Positions 24,301-32,000 of a stretch of DNA of 32,000 nt are shown here, in pieces (positions within the stretch are counted from its first letter, which is position 1; the number at the start of each line of letters is the position of its first letter). The position numbers and the translations under genes were made by a program. Location: positions 1,050,001-1,082,000 of the forward strand of contig NC_014205.1 in the NCBI RefSeq assembly GCF_000092465.1, in the 5' to 3' direction. The DNA is from Staphylothermus hellenicus DSM 12710 (lineage in GTDB: Archaea > Thermoproteota > Thermoprotei_A > Sulfolobales > Desulfurococcaceae). Under the pieces are notes generated by a model. The model was not told the DNA's origin. It ran no database searches and worked only from the letters and a program-made list of their open reading frames with translations.

Positions 24301-25391
24301 ATGGATGCCTTAGCTATGCTAGCTATTAATCCTATATATGCAACTAGTACTAGTGCTGATGCTATTTCTGATAAATATTTTGATTTTAGAGATTCTAGTC
24401 TGAGAATTCCTATTACTTCTTTATTCATAATGGATAATTCATTGATGTTAATAGTTAGAGGAAATATTATTCTTGAGTTAATAGATACGGTTATTTTTCT
24501 AAATTTAGTGTATGCATTGTATTGTCGAATATCTGATCTAAGCGCATATTCTGGTTTAATACCTATGGATGAATAAAATGATGTTAGAACACCAAGTATT
24601 ATGGGTTGTAATGAGTTATCTATTGGTTTTAAATCTTCTAATGCATTATATGCTTCGAGGAATAGATTAGGCTCAATATTGTAGTCTCCAAGTTTTCCTT
24701 TATGAATATCAGTATTTATACTGGTATCAAATACTAGGTATGGAGTAATAACTGGTATTCGAGACCCTATAGTTTTCACCAATAAATTATTGAGGTCTTT
24801 TGCCTCAACCCATTTTGTCAGGGTTTTACAGACTCCATTTTCTCCGATCATAACAGTGTTTATTATATGTCCCGCACCTCTACCGAAACATAATATCTTT
24901 AGTTTTCCGGATTCATTAATAGTTTGTATTTCTGATTCCACTATTCTACATAGATCAATCGGTCTTCTTCTAGGTGAAATAGTGAATAATCTTAACCAGC
25001 ACCTATTTATTTTTACGCGTATACGTGTATCTCCAATAATTTTAGCTCCCAGATCCACTGCTTCCATTAATGCTGGATAAATCGATGCGAGAGGAATATA
25101 TTTCTCATCCCTTACATAGTATCCTTCTATTTTTAACGGGCCTATTACCGTTACGGGTACTTGGATTGCTCCTATGGATTTATACGATATTTTTCCCTCT
25201 GTTTCTACAAAGTCTAGTATGGATGAACCGGTTGCTGAAAGTGATATGTTGAGTTTTTCTTCGAGGATTTTTCTTCTTAGAAGTGCGGCTATATTTTGGT
25301 TTTCTACTAGCCCATCTATTTCTTCTAAGGGTTTTTTAGATGATTTAAGTTTTAATAAAAAATCCTTTATAATAGATCTACGTTTCCCCAA
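24297..25391 (-). CDS. HMG-CoA reductase (class I) homologue lacking the canonical catalytic motifs
   Basis: 364 aa. NIAALLRRKILEEKLNISL..SILDF, IGAIQVPVTVIGPLKIEG and the C-terminal LSEIASALVLVAYIGLIASIA parallel conserved HMGR blocks. It has PLASIYPALMEA instead of P(L/M)ATTEGxLxAS, FGRGAGHIIN instead of TGDAMGxNM, and ININELS instead of GTVGGGT. Its start overlaps the DUF35 stop by 14 nt. Confidence 0.7.
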   Translation of the reverse strand: MGKRRSIIKDFLLKLKSSKKPLEEIDGLVENQNIAALLRRKILEEKLNISLSATGSSILDFVETEGKISYKSIGAIQVPVTVIGPLKIEGYYVRDEKYIPLASIYPALMEAVDLGAKIIGDTRIRVKINRCWLRLFTISPRRRPIDLCRIVESEIQTINESGKLKILCFGRGAGHIINTVMIGENGVCKTLTKWVEAKDLNNLLVKTIGSRIPVITPYLVFDTSINTDIHKGKLGDYNIEPNLFLEAYNALEDLKPIDNSLQPIILGVLTSFYSSIGIKPEYALRSDIRQYNAYTKFRKITVSINSRIIFPLTININELSIMNKEVIGILRLESLKSKYLSEIASALVLVAYIGLIASIAKASI

Positions 25392-25800
25392 CTGTTTTTA
25401 TCACCGGTCTATAAGCTATAGCGTAATGGATTAGACCAGCTTCCCGGTCCTGATTTATTCTTCTTAGAACGGGTTCTAATAAAATTCCCTCCTTAAGTTC
25501 TTCGGGCAATACATCAGTTATTGGTGCAAGAATTTTGACGTGTGTTTTAACTGTTTCAACTATACCAATTATTCTCGGCCTCTTATCTTCGAATCCAGCA
25601 GGTGCAGTAAATATTGTTGTCCATGTAATCAGTTTTGCTTTTTCTTTATCCAAGTATATTTCCTCGAGATCTTTTGAGCCACAATATCTGCAGACGCTTG
25701 ATGGAGGATAATTTATTCTTCCACATTTTCTGCATTTAACAGCTTTTAATCTATAATGAGATATTCTTTCACGCCAAAACCTAGGTATTGAGAACTGCAT
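25378..25800 (-). CDS. DUF35 family protein (zinc ribbon plus OB fold), the scaffold subunit of the archaeal thiolase/HMG-CoA synthase complex
   Basis: 140 aa. The rubredoxin-like CRKCGRINYPPSSVCRYCGS segment is followed by an OB-fold-like region. It lies immediately downstream of the HMGCS gene. Confidence 0.85.
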   Translation of the reverse strand: MQFSIPRFWRERISHYRLKAVKCRKCGRINYPPSSVCRYCGSKDLEEIYLDKEKAKLITWTTIFTAPAGFEDKRPRIIGIVETVKTHVKILAPITDVLPEELKEGILLEPVLRRINQDREAGLIHYAIAYRPVIKTVGET

Positions 25801-25817
25801 AGTTAATCAATCCTCCA

Positions 25818-26876
25818 TTATATTCTCTTTATTAGTCCCCTATATTTTGCATATAATGCATAGTCAATATAATGTTTCCTAGCTAAGTAGTCATCGACTC
25901 GTGGTGCTTTATCTTGTTTCTCAAGTATTTTATCAGTAACAATAATACTGTAAGCATCGCTTCCCGCACCACTTCCAAACGGTGCCAACAATATTCTTTG
26001 CCCAGGTTTAGCGTTGTCGAGAACTCTGGATAAACCTATTAAGGCCGATGAGTTGTAGCTGTTACCAATATATGGTGTAACTAGTCCTGGAAGTATTTTC
26101 TCTTTTGGAAAACCTAGTCTTCTCCCCACAGTTAATGGGAATTTGCCGTTGGGTTGATGAAATATTGCATAGTCGAAATCACCTGGTTTAAGCCCTGTTT
26201 TCTCGAATAATCCCTTTACAGCGTTTATTATGTGGTTAAAATATGCTGGTTCACCCGTGAATCCTTCGCCGTGAAGTGGGTAGGGAACATGTGCTCTACG
26301 CCAAAAATCAGGTGTATCGGTTACATAGGTATAGCTTGCCTCAAAAACCGCTGCAGCTTGGTTTGCAGGCCCTGTTATAAGGGCTGTTGCTGCAGATGAT
26401 GCTGTATATTCAAGTATATCTCCTGGATTAGCTTGTGCAGTATCAGAACCGATTACCAAGGCATATTTAACCATACCAGATGCTACTGCAGCAATACTTA
26501 TTCTTAACGCTTCACTTGCTGCTCTACAAGCAAACTCTAGGTCTGAAGCCATAGTATCAGGTGTGATCCCAAATGCTTCAGCAATAATTGTTGCTGAAGG
26601 CTTGACAGCGTAGGGTTTTGATTCTGTTCCGAACCATACAGCACCTATTTCCCCAGGATCGATCCCTGCCCTGGCCAAGGCATTTCTAGTGGCTTCCCAT
26701 GCAAGAGTTACTGCGTCTTCATCGCTTCCAGCCACAGATTTTTCTTCAACCATTAATCCACGAGGAGTTTCCGGTGCAAAACCCCATATTCTCGTTATTT
26801 CCTCTAGCTTAAGTCTCCACCGAGGAATATATGATCCCCAACCAATTATTCCTGCTTTCTTCTCAGGAATTTCCAT
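25818..26876 (-). CDS. Archaeal-type hydroxymethylglutaryl-CoA synthase
   Basis: 352 aa of the thiolase-like condensing-enzyme fold. Motifs are [11 protein letters not shown], the active-site Cys context [19 protein letters not shown] and [10 protein letters not shown]. The size and the DUF35 neighbour match archaeal HMGCS rather than thiolase. Confidence 0.8.
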   Translation of the reverse strand: MEIPEKKAGIIGWGSYIPRWRLKLEEITRIWGFAPETPRGLMVEEKSVAGSDEDAVTLAWEATRNALARAGIDPGEIGAVWFGTESKPYAVKPSATIIAEAFGITPDTMASDLEFACRAASEALRISIAAVASGMVKYALVIGSDTAQANPGDILEYTASSAATALITGPANQAAAVFEASYTYVTDTPDFWRRAHVPYPLHGEGFTGEPAYFNHIINAVKGLFEKTGLKPGDFDYAIFHQPNGKFPLTVGRRLGFPKEKILPGLVTPYIGNSYNSSALIGLSRVLDNAKPGQRILLAPFGSGAGSDAYSIIVTDKILEKQDKAPRVDDYLARKHYIDYALYAKYRGLIKRI

Positions 26877-27011
26877 ATCTCACACCATAGAACCATAAAT
26901 GAGCGGTTGTTTTTGATTGTTTACTAATAATGATTATGAAGGCTGAGAAATTAAGGATTATCCCAAATACTATAAAAATTTTATCATATATTGTATGGTT
27001 GATTATTTATG

Positions 27012-28763
27012 TTACCTTGTCCTCAACCTAGGCTCTACAATTCTCTCCAACGCCATACCGATCATTACAAATGTTAGCGCTGTTACTGCAATCATTAATC
27101 CTGGTGGAAGCACCCACCACCAAGCGTTTGCTAGTACTGCACCACCAAGATTGGCTTCATAGAGTATTTTACCCCACGTTACTATATCTGGGTCTCCAAG
27201 ACCAAGGAAGCTTAGACCAGCCTCTGTTAGAATCGCTCCTGGCACGCTTAGAGCCATTGATGCAAATGCGTATGGGAGTAGTTGTGGGAACACATATTTG
27301 AACAATATCCTTAAATTAGAGGCTCCGAGTGCTCTAGCAGCCTCTATATATGGTTCCTCTCTGATTTGTAGAACCATTGAACGCACCGTAAACTGTAGAC
27401 CTACCCATCCGAACGCTATTAATAATACTATGAGTATCCATATACTTCTGCTTACGAAATATGATAATAGGATCAATAATGGTAGGACAGGTAATGAATA
27501 TACTACTTGCGCTACTCTCTGCATTGCAACATCAGTAAAGCCTCCACTATATCCTGAAGTCATACCATATATAACGCCTATCATAACTGCTCCAAATGCT
27601 GTTAGTAAACCTATCAGTAAAGCCCATCTAACACCATAAGTTAAAGCAGACCATAGATCTCTTGCCTTATTGTCGGTTCCTAGAAGCCCGTAAGCACCCA
27701 TTATTCTTGCCTTTACAGGAGTTATTGATATGTTAACTTTACCTACATCATTAGGCTTTATTCTTAGGAGGAATAGAAACTCTGCCTTATATGTTCCTTT
27801 TAATACACCTGGCTCTCCACTAATGATCTCAGGTGTTGCCTTGGAAAACGTTATTTTCATAAAATCAACTAGCTGCCCAGGAACAAGGTTTACACCTGCC
27901 TTACTTGTTATCGGTTTTAAGACTTGTATTATTCCCAATCCTTGTTGATAGTTTCTCGCTGCGCTTGCATATTCTGTTAAGATGAAGAACCAGTCGGTAT
28001 CGTTCTTTATGAATGCTCTTGTTTCATTTCCTACTTTAATATATGTATATGGGATCTTTAATAGATCTAGGATCTCTTTCTTTCCGAGCTCAGCGTATTG
28101 GTTTATATCATATGGATTAGTTGGATAGTTATAGCCTGGTATTAATGATATCGTGATATTATCTGGTCTCTTAATATATACTCCGACTCCTTGTTTTAGA
28201 TCATTATATAATATGTGTCCAAAGTTTAGTCTTAATCTAAACAATACATCTTTCGGTGGTTTACCGGAGTTCAAGTCAAAGATATATGTTAGATTCGCAT
28301 ATATTACTTCGCCAATCTGGCCTTGCTGAACATGTTTTTGCCATAATGCTTGAAGTATTTGTTGCAGCTGGCTCCATGTTAGATTAACATTGTATTTTTC
28401 TCTGAACTGTTTTATTATTTGCTGTGTTTTCCCTGTTTCATTCATATACTTAACATATCCATCAAACGTCATCAAATTATATTTCTTGATTGTGATCTTG
28501 ATGTTATTATCTGGTATATCATGAGTCACCGGATAAGGCTTTGGATCTAAAGCATTAGCCCATACTGGAGGGGCTAGTTTAGGTAGCATTCTTTCTTGCC
28601 AATACTCATTATCATACCAGTGCTCTACATCTGCTGGATTAGCAATAACCGGGAATAATACTACTAATCCTATGAGGATAACTAATAATACTAATCCAGC
28701 TATACCGATTTTTTGTCTTCTAATCTCAAACCAAAATTCTCTAATAGATTCTGAGAGCGGCAT
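27012..28763 (-). CDS. ABC transporter permease, OppC/DppC type, with a very large extracytoplasmic insertion after TM1
   Basis: 583 aa. TM1 spans roughly aa 19-41. A soluble segment of about 330 aa follows, then a typical OppC core (TM bundle, EPYIEAARALGAS EAA-loop motif). Confidence 0.85.
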   Translation of the reverse strand: MPLSESIREFWFEIRRQKIGIAGLVLLVILIGLVVLFPVIANPADVEHWYDNEYWQERMLPKLAPPVWANALDPKPYPVTHDIPDNNIKITIKKYNLMTFDGYVKYMNETGKTQQIIKQFREKYNVNLTWSQLQQILQALWQKHVQQGQIGEVIYANLTYIFDLNSGKPPKDVLFRLRLNFGHILYNDLKQGVGVYIKRPDNITISLIPGYNYPTNPYDINQYAELGKKEILDLLKIPYTYIKVGNETRAFIKNDTDWFFILTEYASAARNYQQGLGIIQVLKPITSKAGVNLVPGQLVDFMKITFSKATPEIISGEPGVLKGTYKAEFLFLLRIKPNDVGKVNISITPVKARIMGAYGLLGTDNKARDLWSALTYGVRWALLIGLLTAFGAVMIGVIYGMTSGYSGGFTDVAMQRVAQVVYSLPVLPLLILLSYFVSRSIWILIVLLIAFGWVGLQFTVRSMVLQIREEPYIEAARALGASNLRILFKYVFPQLLPYAFASMALSVPGAILTEAGLSFLGLGDPDIVTWGKILYEANLGGAVLANAWWWVLPPGLMIAVTALTFVMIGMALERIVEPRLRTR

Positions 28764-28775
28764 ATTTTACCACCT

Positions 28776-29882
28776 TTATCCTTGTCTCCTACCTACTCTT
28801 ACACGTGGATCTAGAAGCATATAGATGAAGTCCAGAGTAAATATAACTACGATGAAGAGGAATGTTGTTATCCATGTATTCGCCATAACTACTCCTGAAT
28901 CACCGTTTTGTATTGCTATCCAGAAAGTTAAACCCATTCCAGGCCATTGAAACACTGTTTCCGTAATTATAGCGCCACCAAGCGATCCTACAAGGGATAA
29001 TGCTGTCATGGTAGCTATAGGCGGGCTCGCTGCTCTTAAAACATGCTTGTATAAAACAAGCCTTTCAGGTAATCCCTTGGCTCTAGCAACCATTACAAAG
29101 TCTTCTCTAAGAGTCCCTAATACTATGTTTCTTACAATGTATGCTCCGCCACCAAATGTGACGAGGACAATTGTGATTAGTGGTAGAGTCATATAGTATA
29201 GCCATGTCCGTATATAGTCGAAGACATAGAATGGTGAGCTTGGATTAAGCTTTGCTAACGCAGTATATACTTCTTTAGCAGCATATGGGAACCATCCTAG
29301 ATAATATGAGAAAATAAGCAACATTATTATTCCTACCCACCACATTGGTAGACTAGTAGATAGCAATGCTATACCTGTTATTGTCCTATCCAAGACGCTT
29401 CCAGCACGCTTAGCTGATTGTAAGCCTAGATAAATAGCTATCGCTAATTCTATTATGGTAGCCGTAGTGAATAGTATTGCTGTAGCTTTTAATGCGTTGA
29501 AAACCACTTCTGCAGCATTAGTACCTCCACCTGGATACGCTACTCCCTGCCTAATAGGGAAAGCTGTAAAATTAAATATGATAGCATTCCATGCATACAT
29601 TAGTATTCTCTCATGTAAAGGCTTTGTTAATCCTAGGCTTTTCCATATAGTCTTATTTAGAAGCTTTAGTTTTTGTTGTATCACTTGCTTCGACGCGCCT
29701 GTTCTCGCCATTTGTTCCTCTAATTGCCTAGCCCTCAAATTATACGTCTCTTTAGCTAAACCCTTGAGATAAGTATCTGCTTGGATCACAAATATCGTTG
29801 ACATAATTATGGCAACTATGACTAGAACAACTACGATATTTATAACGGTAGTAACTACTACGCGCCCAATACCAGCTGCCAT
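28776..29882 (-). CDS. ABC transporter permease, OppB/DppB type
   Basis: 368 aa with multiple TM helices and the EAA-loop-like motif DFVMVARAKGLPE. A strong AGGAGG lies upstream of the ATG. Confidence 0.85.
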   Translation of the reverse strand: MAAGIGRVVVTTVINIVVVLVIVAIIMSTIFVIQADTYLKGLAKETYNLRARQLEEQMARTGASKQVIQQKLKLLNKTIWKSLGLTKPLHERILMYAWNAIIFNFTAFPIRQGVAYPGGGTNAAEVVFNALKATAILFTTATIIELAIAIYLGLQSAKRAGSVLDRTITGIALLSTSLPMWWVGIIMLLIFSYYLGWFPYAAKEVYTALAKLNPSSPFYVFDYIRTWLYYMTLPLITIVLVTFGGGAYIVRNIVLGTLREDFVMVARAKGLPERLVLYKHVLRAASPPIATMTALSLVGSLGGAIITETVFQWPGMGLTFWIAIQNGDSGVVMANTWITTFLFIVVIFTLDFIYMLLDPRVRVGRRQG

Positions 29883-30042
29883 TATTCACACTCCTCCTAA
29901 TCCCCTTGTAGATTAATACCGATATAACTTATAAATTTAAGGTTAACAAGTCAAAGGTATTTCAATCATAAACACATATGAAATAATTCTAGGCATCTAA
30001 AAAAGATATTGATTATAAATTATCTTTTACCTAAAATAATCT

Positions 30043-31743
30043 TTATCTCCTTCTTGCGTAGTAGTACCATACTCCTATTATTATGATTATGATTATTGTT
30101 ATTATTACTCCCCACGTTGTCGCACTTATACCTCCACCTGCAGCTACCGGTGTTGTAGTTGTTGTAGTAGTTGGTGGAACAGTTGTTGTCGTTGTAGTAG
30201 TCGTTGTGCTTGTTGTTGTTGGGGATGTTATGGTTGGTGAAGGTAGTGATGAAGTAGTTGTAGTCGTGGCCGTTGTTGTGGTAGTAGTTTTAGTCGTAGT
30301 AGGTGTAGTGGTGGTAGTAGTCGTAGTTGATGGTGGAGTGGTCATTGTAGTAGTTGAGGTGGTAGTTGTTGCTGTGGTTGTTGTGGTTGGTGGCAAGGTC
30401 GTAGTTGTTGTAGTTGTAGTTGGTGGTACTGTTGTTGTGGTTGTAGTTGTAGTAGTCGTGGTCGTAGTAGTTGGTGGAACAGTTGTAGTAGTAGTGGTCG
30501 TGGTAGTAGTCGTAGTCGTGGTAGGTGATGGAGTAGTAGTGGTGGTTGGTGGAACAGTTGTAGTAGTTGTCGTGGTCGTGGTAGTGGTGGTAGTTGTAGT
30601 TGGAGGCGGAGTAGTCGTTGTAGTTGTAGATGGTGGAGAGGTTGTAGTGGTTGTGGTTGTCGTGGCCGTTGTTGTTGTAGTTGTTGTAGTAGTTGGTGGA
30701 ACAGTTGTTGTCGTTGTAGTAGTCGTTGTGCTTGTTGTTGTTGGGGATGTTGTTGTCGTGGTGGTCGTAGTGGTTGTGGTAGTGGTAGTGGTTGGTGTTG
30801 GTGTTATTAGTTCTCCGGTTGATAGTTTTATGCCGCTGACTGTGGCCATTGAGTTGGCGGCTGCATCATAGCTTGACAGCATGTTGTATTGGTCTTGCGC
30901 TGTTGGTGCCAGAAGATCAATTATCATCGGCTGCACACCAGCATTAATCGCTTCAGGATCCCCGCCGCCGAACTCCCACTCACTTGGGTCTCCAGCTTTT
31001 ATGCTTCTCACCTTGTAGGGTGCGTATCCATCGTATCCTGCTAGTGCTACAACGAATACCCAATCCTTAATATTGCCTACATCCGCGAGCAAGGACTTGC
31101 TTACATTGGCCACTATAGTGTTATTGTCTGATGGATCAAGATAGACATCTATTGTGTTGTTGAGTGTTTCAACTGCTAGTAGTTTCCCTGTTGCATCATA
31201 TAGTGCTGATAATTGTCCCTTTGGTACTGGGGCAGTATCCCAGCCTGGCACCATTAATAATACATAGTTCCATCCATGCCAGATCTCAACGTTTAAGCCA
31301 ATGGTAGAGGTGTTCTTCGGTAATGTATCATCTGTTGTCAACATATAGATCTGTATGTGTTGTAGACAGAACCCATTAGGGCCATTCCACGGATTATCAC
31401 CAAGATTCTTAACAGTAACCTTGAAGTAAACATTATCGGAATCCTCATATACTCCAAACTTTAACATGTCAAAGACTCCGGGCTGGAACACTTCGTTGGT
31501 TGGATATGTTATGTTTCCATAACCATTATCGTCACCCTCAGGATCAGCTAGTTCTCCTACAAGTGTAAGCCCTGGAGCAACAGGCCTAGCGTTAAAGGAA
31601 AACCATGTTATCATATCTGCAACAAGTTTCTTCATGGTATTCTGGGTATTAGCTGTTGTGTTTTTGATTCCGATTGTTGAGGGGGTTAGTATGGATAATA
31701 CTAGTATGGCCAATAGTATGAGTGATACATATTTATAATTCAT
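30043..31743 (-). CDS. Surface-anchored protein with signal peptide, glucodextranase-C-like globular domain, ~250 aa Thr/Pro-rich stalk and C-terminal TM anchor
   Basis: 566 aa. The signal-like N-terminus is followed by GELADPEGDDNGYGNITYPTNEVFQPGVFDMLKFGVYEDSDNVYFKV..NPWNGPNGFCLQHIQIY, which resembles the D-x-GDD-G-G-Y-YPT...NPW pattern of the Glucodextran_C-type module. Poly-Thr tracts punctuated by VPP/SPP come next, then IITIIIIIIIGVWYYYARRR. Confidence 0.8.
   Translation of the reverse strand: MNYKYVSLILLAILVLSILTPSTIGIKNTTANTQNTMKKLVADMITWFSFNARPVAPGLTLVGELADPEGDDNGYGNITYPTNEVFQPGVFDMLKFGVYEDSDNVYFKVTVKNLGDNPWNGPNGFCLQHIQIYMLTTDDTLPKNTSTIGLNVEIWHGWNYVLLMVPGWDTAPVPKGQLSALYDATGKLLAVETLNNTIDVYLDPSDNNTIVANVSKSLLADVGNIKDWVFVVALAGYDGYAPYKVRSIKAGDPSEWEFGGGDPEAINAGVQPMIIDLLAPTAQDQYNMLSSYDAAANSMATVSGIKLSTGELITPTPTTTTTTTTTTTTTTTSPTTTSTTTTTTTTTVPPTTTTTTTTTATTTTTTTTSPPSTTTTTTPPPTTTTTTTTTTTTTTTVPPTTTTTPSPTTTTTTTTTTTTTTVPPTTTTTTTTTTTTTTVPPTTTTTTTTLPPTTTTTATTTTSTTTMTTPPSTTTTTTTTPTTTKTTTTTTATTTTTSSLPSPTITSPTTTSTTTTTTTTTVPPTTTTTTTPVAAGGGISATTWGVIITIIIIIIIGVWYYYARRR
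30130..30800. repeat. Low-complexity ACN-codon (poly-Thr) coding repeat containing an exact 79-bp direct duplication
   Basis: Segments 30151-30229 and 30673-30751 are identical over 79 nt. The offset is 522 nt, which is in frame. The surrounding sequence consists of degenerate (gtt/gta/gtc/gtg)n units with ggtgg(a/t)ac punctuation. Confidence 0.85.
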
Positions 31744-32000
31744 ATTAGCTTCACCCTACACCATAACATATTAATCGATAAATAATATAGCACCAAGTTA
31801 TTTATTAATTCATTGGTTTGACTACGAGATACAATCAATGTATCCTATAGGCTATTTAAGGGAATGGTTTAATTTTAACAAACGCATATATTTTAATTGA
31901 AGTAAGATAAGATTAATAGTGCATCTAAGAGGTAAATATGATTTCCTAATGTATACAAACATGTAATCTATTACAACAAATACTAGGCAGCTCACTAATC

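Noticed and set aside
26930-26965. AUGAUUA...CUGA strings in the HMGCS/permease intergenic region as a C/D sRNA
   Set aside because: The two boxes are only about 8 nt apart and imperfect. No second box pair or terminal stem is present.
30083-30871. 262-aa plus-strand ORF encoding a poly-valine/glycine protein
   Set aside because: It is the antisense shadow of the ACN-rich poly-Thr stalk of the minus-strand gene 30043..31743. Only the minus-strand reading has a signal peptide, a globular domain and a TM anchor.

Overview
This is a visibly AT-rich archaeal chromosomal segment. Gene content, frequent TTG/GTG starts, Thr-rich stalked surface proteins and a CRISPR repeat ending in ATTGAAGG suggest a hyperthermophilic, Desulfurococcales-like crenarchaeon, but the taxon is inference only. 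About 31 credible protein genes are packed into short, often overlapping operons. Housekeeping genes include seryl-tRNA synthetase, an Lhr-type helicase, TldD/PmbA with an MBL-fold hydrolase, a DUF59 Fe-S factor, a PLP aminotransferase and a B12-domain-like radical SAM protein. Other clusters are: (1) a 4-gene operon with a tandem eIF-2B-family pair, in which one member keeps the ribose-1,5-bisphosphate isomerase Cys/Asp pair and the other lacks it; (2) HMG-CoA synthase plus DUF35, followed by an HMG-CoA-reductase-like protein that appears to have lost its catalytic motifs; (3) a processive-type GT2 synthase; (4) an Opp/Dpp-type ABC permease pair next to a Thr-rich stalked surface protein. Non-coding content is rich. 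There is a 7-repeat orphan CRISPR mini-array with a leader-like region and no cas genes in the window. There is also a probable RNase P RNA, a ~280 nt GC-rich structured RNA of unknown class, and three smaller GC-rich hairpin elements. No rRNA, tRNA, transposase or integrase was recognised. The best candidates for something undescribed are the HMGR-like pseudoenzyme coupled to HMGCS/DUF35, the unidentified structured RNA at 1822-2100, the uncharacterised gene block between the helicase and the CRISPR array, and the eIF-2B-family operon. All functional calls come from by-eye motif recognition on the supplied translations; no database search was possible.
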